Positions 47,620-61,003 of a stretch of DNA of 64,000 nt are shown here, in pieces. The notes beneath the pieces are model-generated. The model was not told the DNA's origin. It did no database searches and was given only the letters and a program-made list of their open reading frames with translations. Source of the DNA: Piromyces finnis finn (Eukaryota; Fungi; Neocallimastigomycota); NCBI GenBank assembly GCA_002104945.1, contig MCFH01000010.1:1139966-1203965 (forward strand), in the 5' to 3' direction. The first letter of the stretch is position 1. The number at the start of each line of letters is the position of its first letter. Position numbers and translations under genes: made by a program.

Positions 47620-48780
47620 TTGGATTAAAGTATTTTAGATTTGTAAATCATCTAAATTACTTTTATATTTTTTTGTTTATTAGGTAAATAATATTCATCC
47701 TTATTAAAGAATAAATTATTAAGACATTTTTGGTAACCTGAACGAGGACCACATCCATAATAATTATCATCTTGAGAATAAACTATGTGTTTACCATTAT
47801 TAATAAAAATGTTTGGATTTCCTTCTAATATTCCATTAATAATATTCTTTTCTCCAATTTTATTTAAATATTTAAGCATACTCTTGGAATCGAATTTCTT
47901 ATCAGGATGTTTACTCATAATAGTGGCTGCAACACCAACAACAATTGATGAAGAATATGAAGTACCTACATCAATTTCATTATAATCATCTCCTAGTTTG
48001 TCTTGATATGAAACAGTAACATAAGCTGGTGCATGAATATTAACCTTTTTACCATAATTACTAAAGTAGGCAACTTCATAATTACTTGAATCCATTGTTT
48101 TATTTAAGAAAATTTTTGGTAATTCGGATTTAAGTGTCATATAGTTATTGTAAAGTTGACTTCCTTTCATATATAATTCATCATTAAATTCAACTCTTAA
48201 TTGATTAGTGATTTCGGTGATTTCTATTTCAAGTTTATGAAGTTTATTCTTTCCATAATTATCAACAGCTCCAACACATATAACATTTTCATATGAACAT
48301 GGATAGAAGAATGGCTTATTATCTCTATCAACTTGAATACCTTCATTACCTGCTACTCTACTTGGATAGTAATAGGTTTTATTATATTCATCAATTAATT
48401 AATCATCGTATTTAACTTGAGAAATTAAGGAAAAATGAACACCGGAATCTTCTTTAGTAGCAACACCACTTCAATTTGTTTTCATTTCTATTTTTTTAGA
48501 TTATTATTAGCAACAGAGGTACGGGTTAATTTAACATCAGGAACACAAACCATTACATATGATAGTTTTTCGATAATATCAACAATATCTTTATATCTTT
48601 AGATAAATATGAATAAGTAATAGAAATGGGATAAGCAAGATTAGATTCATTTTCGTCATCACTTCTTTTCAAGACTTCTTTTTTCTAATGCTATATTTTT
48701 TATTCGAATTCTTGTTAATTTTTTTGCATCTTCATCATAAGTTTCCTTGTTTATCAATGATAATACCACTAATTTTATTT
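47620..48780 (-). pseudogene. Degenerate subtilisin (S8) protease with truncated Cys-rich C-terminal module
   Basis: Retains VAGNE, YPCSYENVICVGAVDN, AYFSNYGKKVNIHAP and the catalytic-Ser motif GTSYSSSIVVGVAA. It has in-frame stops and frameshifts upstream, and no Asp or His catalytic motifs are visible. GCGPRSGYQKC resembles the start of a chitin-binding module. Confidence 0.8.
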
Positions 48781-50405
48781 TATTGATAATAAACTAATTA
48801 ATAATTTATTTTCTTTAAAATAATAGTTATATTTAATTATTTTCTATATTATATATATTATTTTATTTTATGGTTTCACTTATATATTTTTTGTTTGTTA
48901 TTATGGATAAATTTAAAATATTATATATAAATTAAAACTATTTAGGAAATATAAATTAATAATTTCATACTTTTTTAAAAATATTATAAATTAGTACAAT
49001 ATATAAGGAATATTAGGATTTAAATAATAATATTATGTAACTATTATCATTAATTATTAAAAATTAATATTATCCACTGTATTATTATTGTTGCTATTTA
49101 AATATTTAATTTTCATAATTTAAATAGTTTAAATATTTCCCACATTTAATAAGTAACATATGAAATTTAATTTAGTAAAACCTAATAAATATAAACAAGG
49201 AACTATTAATAAGTAAATATTCCATTTAATAAAATATAATATTTACGTCAAATAGTCAAATATTAATAGGAATAAAATGGAAAATTTAGAATGTCAGTTG
49301 AATGTTAAAATTTTATATTGAGTTTGCAAATTATATATTTTTGAATTTTTTAAATAAAATTTTGTGTAATCCTTTTTTTTTTTTTTTTGTTTCATGAATT
49401 TTTAATATAGTATAAACCCTATTAAATTAAAATTTAATAAAAAATAAATCATTATTAATATTAATAGATAAATTATTGAATATATCTAATTGGGTATAAA
49501 TTTAAATTTATATAAATAATATAAATATTTATTTATAAAGCATTTAAAAATATTTTAATAATATTTATATCTTACTATTTAGAATTATTTTATTATAGTT
49601 TAATAGTTCTTTTTAATAAAAAATAAATATTAATTATATTTAAAAAAATGTATTATAATTATATTTCTATAATTTAAATGCATAATATTATAAAAAATAA
49701 GGATAAAAAAAAGCAATTATAAATTTCCATAATAAGGCATAATTCTATTTATTCTTAATTTATTCATGTATATTATTACACAAAATATATTAAAAATCAA
49801 AAACTATAGTTTAAAGGAAAAAAAAAAAAAAAAAAATTAAATTTATCCAAATAAATTAATTTATTATCATCCAATAGCAATTTAATCATTTCACTTTATT
49901 TTTATACAAAAATATTACACAAAAAATAAATTAAAAAAGTAAGTATTCTTTTTTTTTTTTTTTTAAATAGATACTATTTAATTTTTATATATCTATATAT
50001 ATTTCATAAAATGATTATGTATATAATTGCCGTTTTTCTTTATTTTCTTTTTATATGGTAAAAAATTTATTTATTATTCAATTCTTTTTAAATTTTTATA
50101 TATATATAATGGCCAATAAAGAACAATTAATATAAAAGTAAATATAACTTATTAGAAAATAATTAATTTTTAATATTAAAATTACCATTATGTTTTATTA
50201 TATAAAAAAACAAAATAAATGATCTGATTGAATGAAACAGTAATTAAATAGGTTTAAAATTATTATAAAAATAGAAAACAAGATCTTTTTTTTATATACA
50301 TATATATTTTTTAAAACTAAATATACTAAATAATTAGATAATAATAAATATTGTAATATTAATAATTTGTTACCTTTTTTGTAAATAATTAGTAAATAAA
50401 AAAAA

Positions 50406-51704
50406 ATGAAGATTTTAAATATATTTTTTTTGGTAGGAATTACCATTATTAGCTCTTATGCAATGAAAGATATACCATCAAAAGAATTAGTCAAGAATCT
50501 AAAAGTTGGTTGGAGTTTAGGTAATACATTAGATGCACATTGTCTAGAAAATTTAGATTATTCTGAGGATCAATTAGCGTCAGAAACATGCTGGGGAAAT
50601 GTAAAAACAACACCTGAACTTTATTCAAAATTAAATGAACTTGGTTTTAATGTTTTCCGTATTCCAACAACTTGGACTGGGCATTTTGGCGAAGCTCCAG
50701 AATATAAAATCAATGAAGAATGGATGAAAAGAGTTCATGAAGTAGTTGATTATGCAATAAATACAGGTAGTTATGCAATATTAAATGTTCATCATGAAAA
50801 TTGGAATTACGCTTTTTCTGATAATGTTGAAAATGCAAAAATCATCATTAATGCTCTTTGGACTCAAATTGCTAATGAATTTATTGATTATGATGAACAT
50901 CTCATTTTCGAAGGATTAAATGAACCAAGAAAAGTTGGAACAGATGTTGAATGGAATGGTGGTGATAAAGAAGGATGGGATGCTGTTAATGAAATGAATG
51001 CTGAATTTATTAAGACTGTTCGTGCTACTGGTAGTAATAATTCTCTTCGTCATCTTATGATTCCTACTTATGCAGCAACTGTTAATGGAGGTGCTATCAC
51101 AAATTTCCTTTTCCCAAGTGATGATAATAAACTTATAGTTTCACTTCATGCCTATACTCCATATAATTTTGCATTAAATACCGGTGAAGGGGCTACTGAT
51201 AAATTTGAAAATACAAAGGAAATTGATTCCCTTATGAATACAATAAATACATCATTTATTAAAAAAGATATTCCGGTTATATTAGGTGAATTTGGAGCAA
51301 TGAATCGTGATAATGAATCTGAACGTGCAAGATGGATAAAATATTATGTGAAACAAGCAGCAGCTCTTGGTATTCCATGTGTTTTATGGGATAATGGTCT
51401 TTTTGAAGGAGAAGGTGAATTATTTGGTATAATTGATCGTTCTTCATTAGAAGTTGTATATCCGGTTTTACTTAAAGGATTAATGCTTGGTTTAGAAGAA
51501 GCAAACACTGATATTTCATCAAAAGATGAGCAAAACATAAATTATAATTCTTGTAAAACTAATGACTTCTTATGCAAAGCCAAAATGGCTGAAAAATGTT
51601 ATGATGAAGTTTTTAAATGTTGGCTTGACAAAAAGAAAGCTAATGTTTGTCGCAAATTAAATGAAACTTGTGGAAAAATATGGATATCTAATAATAAAAT
51701 CTAA
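50406..51704 (+). CDS. Secreted GH5 (subfamily 4-like) endoglucanase, intronless, with C-terminal six-Cys module
   Basis: Signal peptide, GWSLGNTLDAH, FRIPTTW, ILNVHHE, acid/base EGLNEPR, SLHAYTPYNF, nucleophile ILGEFGA and VLWDNG. It resembles known gut-fungal GH5 cellulases. Confidence 0.95.
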   Translation: MKILNIFFLVGITIISSYAMKDIPSKELVKNLKVGWSLGNTLDAHCLENLDYSEDQLASETCWGNVKTTPELYSKLNELGFNVFRIPTTWTGHFGEAPEYKINEEWMKRVHEVVDYAINTGSYAILNVHHENWNYAFSDNVENAKIIINALWTQIANEFIDYDEHLIFEGLNEPRKVGTDVEWNGGDKEGWDAVNEMNAEFIKTVRATGSNNSLRHLMIPTYAATVNGGAITNFLFPSDDNKLIVSLHAYTPYNFALNTGEGATDKFENTKEIDSLMNTINTSFIKKDIPVILGEFGAMNRDNESERARWIKYYVKQAAALGIPCVLWDNGLFEGEGELFGIIDRSSLEVVYPVLLKGLMLGLEEANTDISSKDEQNINYNSCKTNDFLCKAKMAEKCYDEVFKCWLDKKKANVCRKLNETCGKIWISNNKI

Positions 51705-51919
51705 AAAAAAAAAATAGAATTATATTACTTTGTATCAAAATAATTGTGATATATTAAATTAATATATATAAATTAATATATATAATGTTATTAATGTTGT
51801 AATTCTTTATGTATTACTTTTTTTTTTATCTATTAATTAAATAAACCATGTTATATAAAATTAATAATACTTCATGTAAATAAAATAATAATTAAAGTTC
51901 AATGAATGAATATAAATAT

Positions 51920-53109
51920 ATATATTATTAATTTAATTAAAATTATAATAAATGGTATAAAAAACAAAATTAAAATGAAAATAAAAAAATAAAAATTAAA
52001 AAAAAAAAATATGTTTAAATAAATACAAATGAATAAAAATTGGGTATAATATATTCTAGTAATTTTAATTAAAGTAAGAAAGCCACTATTATACTAAAGT
52101 ACAATAATTGCATTTGACTTCCAATGGGACACCCAGTCAAAGATCAAAATTTTATCATGGGACAAAATTATGATCTCCATTGGTTGCGCTGGCTTCCTGG
52201 CCTGTTTTACTGTTTCTTCAGCATTGACGCTCTTGGGTATTGCTTCAAATCTTTTGAACATTGATCATTACTGACCAATAGCAAAAGGTATGATCTTGGT
52301 TAGAAGTTCCGCTGTTACCGTCAAAAATGGTGTTCCTTCATAAGTGCCCGATGGCACTTGCAAAATTCTTTCCATTCCCTTGAATTGGAATTGATATTGT
52401 TAAACCTTCTTCCCCCAAGAAGGAATTTAAATATTTTACTGCACACACTAAAATAATCATACACATTAATATTTACCGGATTATTTGAATCATTGCTATT
52501 ATTAACTAAATAATTATCTAAATTAGAATTAATATATATATTTCTAGCATCTAACTTGTATCCGCTTCTTGCTTTCAATAGCCAGAAGAAACCATAGGCA
52601 AACTCTGGGTACTCATAATATAATTTAATAAAATCTTTAGTTTCAATAAATTTATTATCAACATAATATTGCGCTTTGATTGAATTTCCTTTAAGATCTT
52701 TCCAATTAAAGTTTTTAACTGCTTTAACATCTCCATGCTTCTTTAATTTTTTATCAAGAGTCCTACTTGATTTTCCACTTGTTAAAGCATCTAACTTGAG
52801 CTAATTCGCATTTGGCTGACAATAGAGGAATATGCAATATTCAAGTCTTTTGAAATGGAGTATAGAGATATAAACAATACAGCTTTATGAACTTCTGCAA
52901 CCCATTGTATTCCTTTGTTAACATGCTTCTGAGCAATCCTAGACCTAGCTTTGTTGGATCCAAGTAATGGTACAAAGTATGAAACTCTGTTGATCACATG
53001 TGAGTTATTTGAAAGAAATAGGAATATTAGAATTTCTTAAGAATCTACTGACTGAGAAAAGTCCTTTCAAAACCTTGTTATTAAAAACTTTAATTACTGT
53101 TTTAAGAGA

Positions 53110-53144
<35 letters not shown>

Positions 53145-53361
53145 GGCATCAAATATTTTAAACTTTTAAGAGACAAATTCTTATCAAATGGAATACCAAA
53201 ATAAGTGTAGCAATCAGTAGTTAGAATGGGTTTTCCTGCTAAATAAAATGTTGGGTCTTTCTTGTTCTAATTTTCTAATGATTCAGAACAAATCACCATC
53301 GCTGAACATTTCTGGATAATTCCATTTCATTATACAAAACCTATTCATTAACTCTCTTTAG

Positions 53362-53363
<2 letters not shown>
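51920..53363 (-). mobile_element. LINE copy 4: old, degenerate, internally deleted; host of two younger insertions
   Basis: Diverged homology to ORF2 and the 3'UTR of copy 2. The zinc-finger and Asn tract are deleted (KLDAR joined to NIYINSNLD), and there are many substitutions and stops. The left boundary is approximate. Confidence 0.9.
53100..53176 (-). mobile_element. 51-bp LINE micro-insertion (22 nt of 3' terminus plus A29) with 13-bp TSD TTTTAAGAGACAA
   Basis: T29 at 53113-53141, then AACGGCATCAAATATTTTAAAC, which is identical to the family 3' end. TSD at 53100-53112 and 53164-53176. Confidence 0.92.
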
Positions 53364-53405
<42 letters not shown>

Positions 53406-56052
53406 GGCATCAAATATTTTAAACTTTATTATTAATTTAATTAAAATTATAATACATGTAATAAAAAATTAAAAATAAATAAAAATAAAAAAAATATGTT
53501 TAAATAAACACAAATGAATAAAAATTGGGTATAATGTATTCTAGTAATTTTAATTAAAGTAAGAAAGCCACTATCATACTAAAGTATAATAATTGTATTT
53601 GACTTCCAATGGGACACCGAGCCAAAGATCAAAATTTTGTCATGGAACAAAATTATGATCTCCATTGGTTGCGCTGGCCCTCCTGGCCTGTCTTACTGTT
53701 TCTTCAGCATTGACGCTCTTGGATGTTGCTTCAAACCTTTTGAACATTGACCATTGCTGGCCAATAGCAAAAGGCATGATTTTGGTTAGAAGTTCCGCGG
53801 TTACCGTCAAGAATGGTGTTCCTTCATTAGTACCAGATTGAATCTGACGCTTACAAAGTTCTTTCCATTCCCTTGAATTGTAATTAATATTGTTAAAACT
53901 TCTTCCCCCAAGAAGGAATTTAAATATTTTACTGCACACACTAAAATAATCATACACATTAATATTCACCGGATTATTAGAACTATTACTATCATTAACT
54001 AAATTACTATCTAAATTAGAATTATTATCTTCACTATTGCTATCATTATTAATATTATTATTTCTATTACTACTATTGTTATTATTACTATTTCTATTAT
54101 TACTATTACTACTATTGTTATTATTACTATTGTTATTATTATTATTGTTACTATTACTATTACTGTTATTGCTATCTCTACTGACATTATCAATTTCATT
54201 ATTATTGATAGGACTATTGGAATTACGTTGACTGAAAAAATTTAATAGCTGGACTATGGAATCATAATGTTTAATACGGATATCTCTAAATGTTGGACAA
54301 TCTAATAACCAATGTTTAATACTTTGATCTCCACACTTGCAACATGGACAGTAGTTAGGACAAACTGGATCAACAAATTTGGCAGCTTTGGCAACTCTAG
54401 CATCCAACTTGTATCCGCTTCTTGCTTTCAATAGCCAGTAGAAGCCATAGGCAAACTCTGGGTACTCATAACATAATTTAATAAAATCTTTAGTTTCAAT
54501 AAATTTATTATCATCATAATATTGCGCTTTGATTGAATTCCCTTTGAGATCTTTCCAATAAAAGTTTTTAACTGCTTTAACATCTCCATGCTTCTTTAGT
54601 TTTTTTTCAAGTGTCCTACTTGATTTGCACCACGTGTATTTTCTAAATTTAGGAATGTAATTGACAAGGTGTGAGATAATACAATTTGAGTTTTTCCATT
54701 TGTTAAAACATCTAACCTGAGCTAAAGCACATTTGGCTGACAATGGAGGAATTCAAATCTTTTGAGATAGAGTATAAAGAAATAAACGATACAGCTTTAT
54801 GAACTCCGGCAATCCATCGTATTCCTTTGTTAACATGCTTCTGAGCAATCCTAGACCTAGCTTTGTTGGATCCAAGTAATGGTGCAAAGTATGAAACTCT
54901 GCTAATCACTTGAGAGTTAAGTACTAGTTTTTTGAAAGGAATAGGAATATTAGGATTTCTTAAGAATTTACTGACTGAGAAAAGTCCTTTCAAAACCTTG
55001 TTATTAAGAACTTTAATTACTGGTTTAAGGGACAAATTCTTATCAAATGGAACACCAAGATAAGTGTAGCAGTCAGTAGTTGGAATGGGTTGTCCTGCTA
55101 AGTAAAATGTTGGATCTCTCTTGTTCTGATTTTCTATTGATTCAGGACGAATCACCATCGTTGAACATTTCTGGATACCAAATTCCATTTCATTATACAA
55201 GGCCCATTCATTAACTCTTCTAAGCATCTTTTTTAAGTATCCTCTTGTTGGAGCACAAATAACTATATCATCTGCAAAAAGTCCACCACAGCATCGAGTG
55301 TCACCTAAACTGACTCCGAGATCTTCACACTCTTTAAATATATCATTAATAAAGAGATTAAAAAGAATAGGCGAAAGTGGGCAACCTTGACGGACTCCTT
55401 TCTTCACATCAAAAGATTTCGAGAATTGTCCATCTAATTTGACATTAGCCTTAGATGTTAAATATAAATTTTTGATAAATTGTAAACTCTTACCTCGGAT
55501 TCCTAAACAATCTAATTTATGGAGAATATTACCGATTGGGACTGAATCGTATGCTTTCCTGAGATCTAAAAAGGCCAAATATGTCTCTTTATTATCTAAT
55601 TGACGTCTACGGCATATTTCTTGGATTGAAATGAAAAGACTGATACTTTCTTCCTTTTTTCGAAAACCAAATTGTTCAGGTCTAATGAAATTATTCTTTA
55701 GACCATATTCTGAGATTCTAGTGGTGACAATTTTGGAAATCAACTTAATACCATTATTGATAAGTGATATACCTCGATAGTTATCACAATCTGTCAAATC
55801 TCCCTTCTTAGGAATAGAAACAATACTGGATTCATTCCATGAGTTGGGGAAATCACCATCCCAAATACGGTTGAATAATTTAAGAATAAAATTTAAACCA
55901 TGAGCATCATTATCTGAAGTAGTATTACCAGAAGAATTATTATCTGTAGCATTATTAGAATCATTACTTGATGGAACTAATGCTTTGTAAAATTCAATTG
56001 GAATACCATCCGGACCTGATGCTTTATAATTTGGAGTAGACTCTCTTTAGCA
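53351..56052 (-). mobile_element. LINE copy 3: 5'-truncated, body 53364-56039, 13-bp TSD ACTCTCTTTAGCA, ORF2 frameshifted
   Basis: T39 at 53364-53402. TSD at 53351-53363 and 56040-56052. A 2-bp deletion (GAATATTCC to GAATTCC near 54750) splits ORF2 into the listed 361-aa and 367-aa ORFs. The 5' end reads STPNYKASGPDGIPIEFYK. Confidence 0.96.
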
Positions 56053-56883
56053 ACTTTTTTAAATATATCAATCTTTAAAATATAAATAATAAAATATACT
56101 AAAGTAATAATAAAACATATTAAAACTGGTTTTAAAAACATTCATCATACAGAAGAAAAAACTAAAATGTATAATAATCTATTACTTTTTTAACAACAAC
56201 AAATAAATAATAACTTTTGGTTTAATTTTTTTTTATTATTATTTTTTTTTTCTTTTTATTTTTATATATATTACATTATGTTTAAACGTGGATTTAAAAT
56301 ATATTTTTTAATAAAGTGAAAAAATATAATTTACTGATTCTAAAAGATAATAATACTTTTTTTAATAATAATCTCGAAATGTTTTCTGTTCTATATCTTA
56401 CTCTCATTTCAAATTACTTTAGACTAATAAGGGTTATTATATATTATAATCAAGTTAGTTTTTAAAAAGAAAAAAAAAAAAGTAATAAAAAAATTACAAA
56501 TAAAATTATTAATTTTATTTATATAATTTTTTTATCAAGGATTAAATGAAAAGTTTCTTTTTACAATTTGTTTATATAGAAAATTATGATATATGTATAT
56601 TAATTATTTAATTATATAAATTATTAAAGTAGATTATTAAAATGTAATATGCTAATAATATTATTAGGATGCTTTAATTTTTGTTTAAATAGAGGTAAAT
56701 TATTAATTATTATCTATAAATTCTATGTGTGTTGTTTTGTTTATATGTTGATTATAATAGGTTGATGTATTATCATTTCCTTTTTTTTCCTTTTTAATTT
56801 TCTCTTTACACACTTTTTTAAATATATGCAAGATACTAATCATGGAATATTAAAAGAAATGAATTAATTTAATATTAAGACAT

Positions 56884-58407
56884 TTAGAAAGCCTTAGATT
56901 CTAACATCATATCGTTTTGTGGTGGTAAACCAACACAAGCTCTGAAGATGTTTTCCATACACTTACGTTGCTTAGATAAGGCATTAATGACTGGTGTACC
57001 TTCTGGAACAACTGGTGCCTTTAAGAGGTAGGAAAGAACGGAAAGAACGGAGTGGAATCTCTTGAATTCACTGTCTTCTGGCTTCTTCCAGGTAATACGA
57101 GTCATTAATTCAGTAAGAATACATAAATCAATAATAATTGGTGCGGCTAAGAGTGAATCTTCACAGACATTGTGCATGGAAATGGTGTTACGACCTCCCA
57201 TGAAAATTTCACTTTGGTATTCATCTAAGGCACGCTTACTATCTCCAACGGCTGGTGTGTACTTAATGACAATAACGTGATCTGGGTGTTCTCCTTCCTT
57301 GTATAAGATCTTGTTGGAGTCAACCATATCGTCAACAACTGAACTCTTGGAAATTTCCTTGGAACGGAATTGTGCTGGTGATGAAAGGTTTCTACCATCG
57401 TTGTTACCTAAGTGGTTGTAACTGGTAATGGAAACTGGCTTAATACCGGCATTGACTAAGAAATCAACCATAACTGACTTCATCTTGGTTTGTCCACTCT
57501 TGAAGTCATCACCACCAATGTAGACGTTTTCACGGATGGCTAAGTCAATAACACCTGGAACAAGTGTGTTTTGTGGACTACCGTTGATGAATGGTGTCTT
57601 TTCTAAAATGGAGGCAAGTGCAAAAATAGTAGATGGTGAGACTTCTTCGTGGTTGTTCTTGACTGCATTAAGAAGGTTGTCGGCATTGTCGTTAACTCCC
57701 TTGAGAATATCGGCGTAACGTTCGGTGTTGGCTGTCCAGAGAACAACTACCTTGTCTAATTCATTGTCCTTCTTGAAGTCTCTGATGTGCTTACGGATTT
57801 CGTCTAAGTTGTCTTGCTTGCTACCCTTAAGAACATTGTCGGCTCTGTCCTTTTGGTTGGCGGCAATGAAGGATGGGTAGTATGGAGCTGGAAGTGGCTT
57901 CATCTTGGACATTTCTTCGTAAAGTTGGTTTTGAAGATCTGGTTCAAGAACCTTGGCACGACGCATGGCATCTCCCATGTTGACGGAACTGATATCCCAT
58001 CCACCAACAACAATATCGTCTGGGTTAACCATTGGGAGAATTTCATGGAATGGAATGAAAACATCTTGTCCGTTTTCATCAACACCAATCTTTAAAGTAG
58101 AGGCTTGTGTGACGGATCCAAAGTAGTTGGAACTTTGGGTACCGGTTCTGGTTTGCCAGGTGAGCTTGTGACGGTTGGCAAGAATACCGGCTGTGGTGGT
58201 GGTACCGTTGTTACCTCCCCAACCAATAAGCATAATACCTAACTTTGGAACCTTGGTTTCGGTCTTGAAGTTGTAAGTTTCTTCAATTGGCTTAACAATT
58301 AATTGTCCGTCCTTCTTAGAAACTCTGGTATCTTGGTAAACGTAAGTAGAGATGATAGCATCATCTGTGTATTGAACATTCTTTGAGTCAACCTTGAATG
58401 AAGTCAT
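56884..58407 (-). CDS. INO1: Myo-inositol-1-phosphate synthase, copy B (507 aa, identical protein to copy A)
   Basis: Identical translation to 44556-46079. The off-frame shadow ORFs are also identical. Confidence 0.98.
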   Translation of the reverse strand: MTSFKVDSKNVQYTDDAIISTYVYQDTRVSKKDGQLIVKPIEETYNFKTETKVPKLGIMLIGWGGNNGTTTTAGILANRHKLTWQTRTGTQSSNYFGSVTQASTLKIGVDENGQDVFIPFHEILPMVNPDDIVVGGWDISSVNMGDAMRRAKVLEPDLQNQLYEEMSKMKPLPAPYYPSFIAANQKDRADNVLKGSKQDNLDEIRKHIRDFKKDNELDKVVVLWTANTERYADILKGVNDNADNLLNAVKNNHEEVSPSTIFALASILEKTPFINGSPQNTLVPGVIDLAIRENVYIGGDDFKSGQTKMKSVMVDFLVNAGIKPVSITSYNHLGNNDGRNLSSPAQFRSKEISKSSVVDDMVDSNKILYKEGEHPDHVIVIKYTPAVGDSKRALDEYQSEIFMGGRNTISMHNVCEDSLLAAPIIIDLCILTELMTRITWKKPEDSEFKRFHSVLSVLSYLLKAPVVPEGTPVINALSKQRKCMENIFRACVGLPPQNDMMLESKAF

Positions 58408-61003
58408 TTTTATTATATCTATTAAAAATGTTTATAAATAAAAATAAATATTATATTTTTATGGTTATTAATTAGTTTATTATATATTTTTTAAATTAAT
58501 TAGTTTATTATATATTTTTTAAACTTTGTTAAATGCATTTTTGTTTTTATCATTTAATTACTTATTCTTTCTTTTTTTATTTTTAATTTTATAATATTTT
58601 TATTTTTCAATTTATTTATTGTCACTTTTTTTTTATACTAATGCTATTTTCTATTACATTTTTACATTATACTCTTGTATATCTTGTATATATCTATATC
58701 TTTCACCATTTTTTTTTCTTTTATTTACTTTATTCTATATTAACTTTCTCTTAATATTTTATTTATTTTTATTTATATTTCATTTTTACTGTTTTTTATT
58801 TGATTATTTTTAATTTATACTCACATTATGTATAATGTATAGAAATGAGAATATATATGAAAAACTAAAAAAGTTTATAGATAATTGTTTGTTATGAAAT
58901 GCGTTTTATAAATAATTAAATTAAAATTTAATTATATTATTAGCGTTTTTATTGTATCTACTTCCTTTAAAAATAAAAAAAAAAGTGTGTAGTAAAAAAA
59001 AAAAAAAAAAAAAAAAAAGAAAGAAATTTATATGGTATTTATATTATCTAAAATTTTTTAGTACTGAATATCTTAAATCTTTATTAATACTTTTAATGTT
59101 ATATTATTTATTAATATTATATATGGAATAAATAATATATAAATTTAGTGTTATTTTAATCATCAATTTGTAATTTAATAAAACTTTAATAAATATTATA
59201 TTGTTATAATAAGAAACCCTTTTATTTCAAATACTAATTTAATGAATATAAAAATAATAATAATAATAAAATGAAATAATAAAATTTAAAAAAATAACAT
59301 AATAAATTTTATATCTAATTAAATTATTATATTAAATTTCTATATAATAGATTATTATAGAATAATAGATCTAAATCGGAAATTGTAATAAAATTAATAT
59401 ATCAAATATGATTTATATTTTATATTAAAATAAAATTAAATTAATTCTATAGAAATTTCATTTTTTAAATCAAGTTTTATATTATATTATATAATATAAT
59501 ACTATTAAGTTCAACCGTACAACCCTATTTATAAAAATAAGTATATTATAGTCTGTAATATATTAGTAATATATTCTCATTAAATGCTTTATGTTTTATT
59601 TTTTAAGAAATATAAATAATAGAATAGCATCTATAATATATAAAAAATATTAATAATAATTCATTCATTATTACCAATCTAGTTTGAGAAAGATGTTCAA
59701 TAGAATGTACTAAGAGCAATGATGAATTTACATGTATTTAAAAGAGATAATAAAATGATAGTAATTTTATATTAAAAAAAAAAGCAATAGCTACAAATTA
59801 TTTACCTATTTATCTTTTATACTTACATGTAATAATTAATATTGATATTTATCTTTCGTTTTGTTTGTAAGCAACAACACTACAATAAATTTATCTTTAT
59901 TCCTTGGGCAACTTTAATAAACTTTGATTTTTATTTTAATTAAAGCCACAAATAAAAATTATTAGAGTAAAAAAACGTTATTAAACTACACTAGTTATCT
60001 TCAATAAACAAAAGGAGGTTTTTTTGTTTTTTTTTATTTTTACATAATAAAGCCACGTTATAAATTGAAGGAAAATATGGATGTGGTAATTTCATATATT
60101 TTAATTTACATTTATAAATTATCATTCAATTCATAATAGAATAGCAATAAATTGGTTTATTTATTCTTTCAATTGTTTGTTTTAATTCTTCTATTCGTTG
60201 TAAAGTGGAGTATATTGATAATATAAATAAAGATTTTAATATATAAAAATAGTTTATAAAATATATTTATTCAGTATAAATTTTGTTGAATAATGGTAAA
60301 GATAATATAAAAGAGCATATATTGTAATAAAATCTATTACATACAAATGATTAATGTAATTTAATTGTAAACATTTGATTTAAATAGAAAGAACTATTTT
60401 AATATATGATTAAAAAAATAGTATGAATTAACCTTTGAAAAGTAAAAACAAAAAAGTAATTTAACATTTATATTAACAAGAGTAAAACTATTTATTAGCA
60501 GTATAAAGCAAATATATGGATTTCTATTATAATTATAAAAATATAATATAATTGAAGAAGTATAATAAATATAATAAAATCATTGTGATTATTAAATCTA
60601 TTGTTAATCTTCAAATTAATTTATCATTTAATTTTGTCAATTAAACCTGTTTTATATTTAATTAAATTAATATATGTATTGGTTTATATATAAAATTATA
60701 TATTTAGTATATATCTTGAATAATCTTGAATAATAATACCTAAGTATTCAATATATATAAATTCTAGTTTTATATATCAGAATATAATGGAAATATATCA
60801 AACTAATTTAATTTTGTTAGTATTGGTAACATATTAAAAAGCAACTTATGGATTATATGATTTAAAATAATTTATTTTAGAATCATAAGTTTTCGAATAT
60901 AAAATTTAAAATAATCTTGAAATATAGAAAATGCCAATGATATTTTTTAACCTCTTTTTTTTAAAAAGACCTCCGAAAATTACCAATAAAAAGTTGTCTT
61001 TAC

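Noticed and set aside
38818-58407. LINE-mediated inverted segmental duplication as the origin of the INO1 pair
   Set aside because: The order LINE(+), INO1(+), LINE(-), INO1(-) is not mirror-symmetric. Each LINE has its own intact TSD, and the INO1 flanks are non-homologous.
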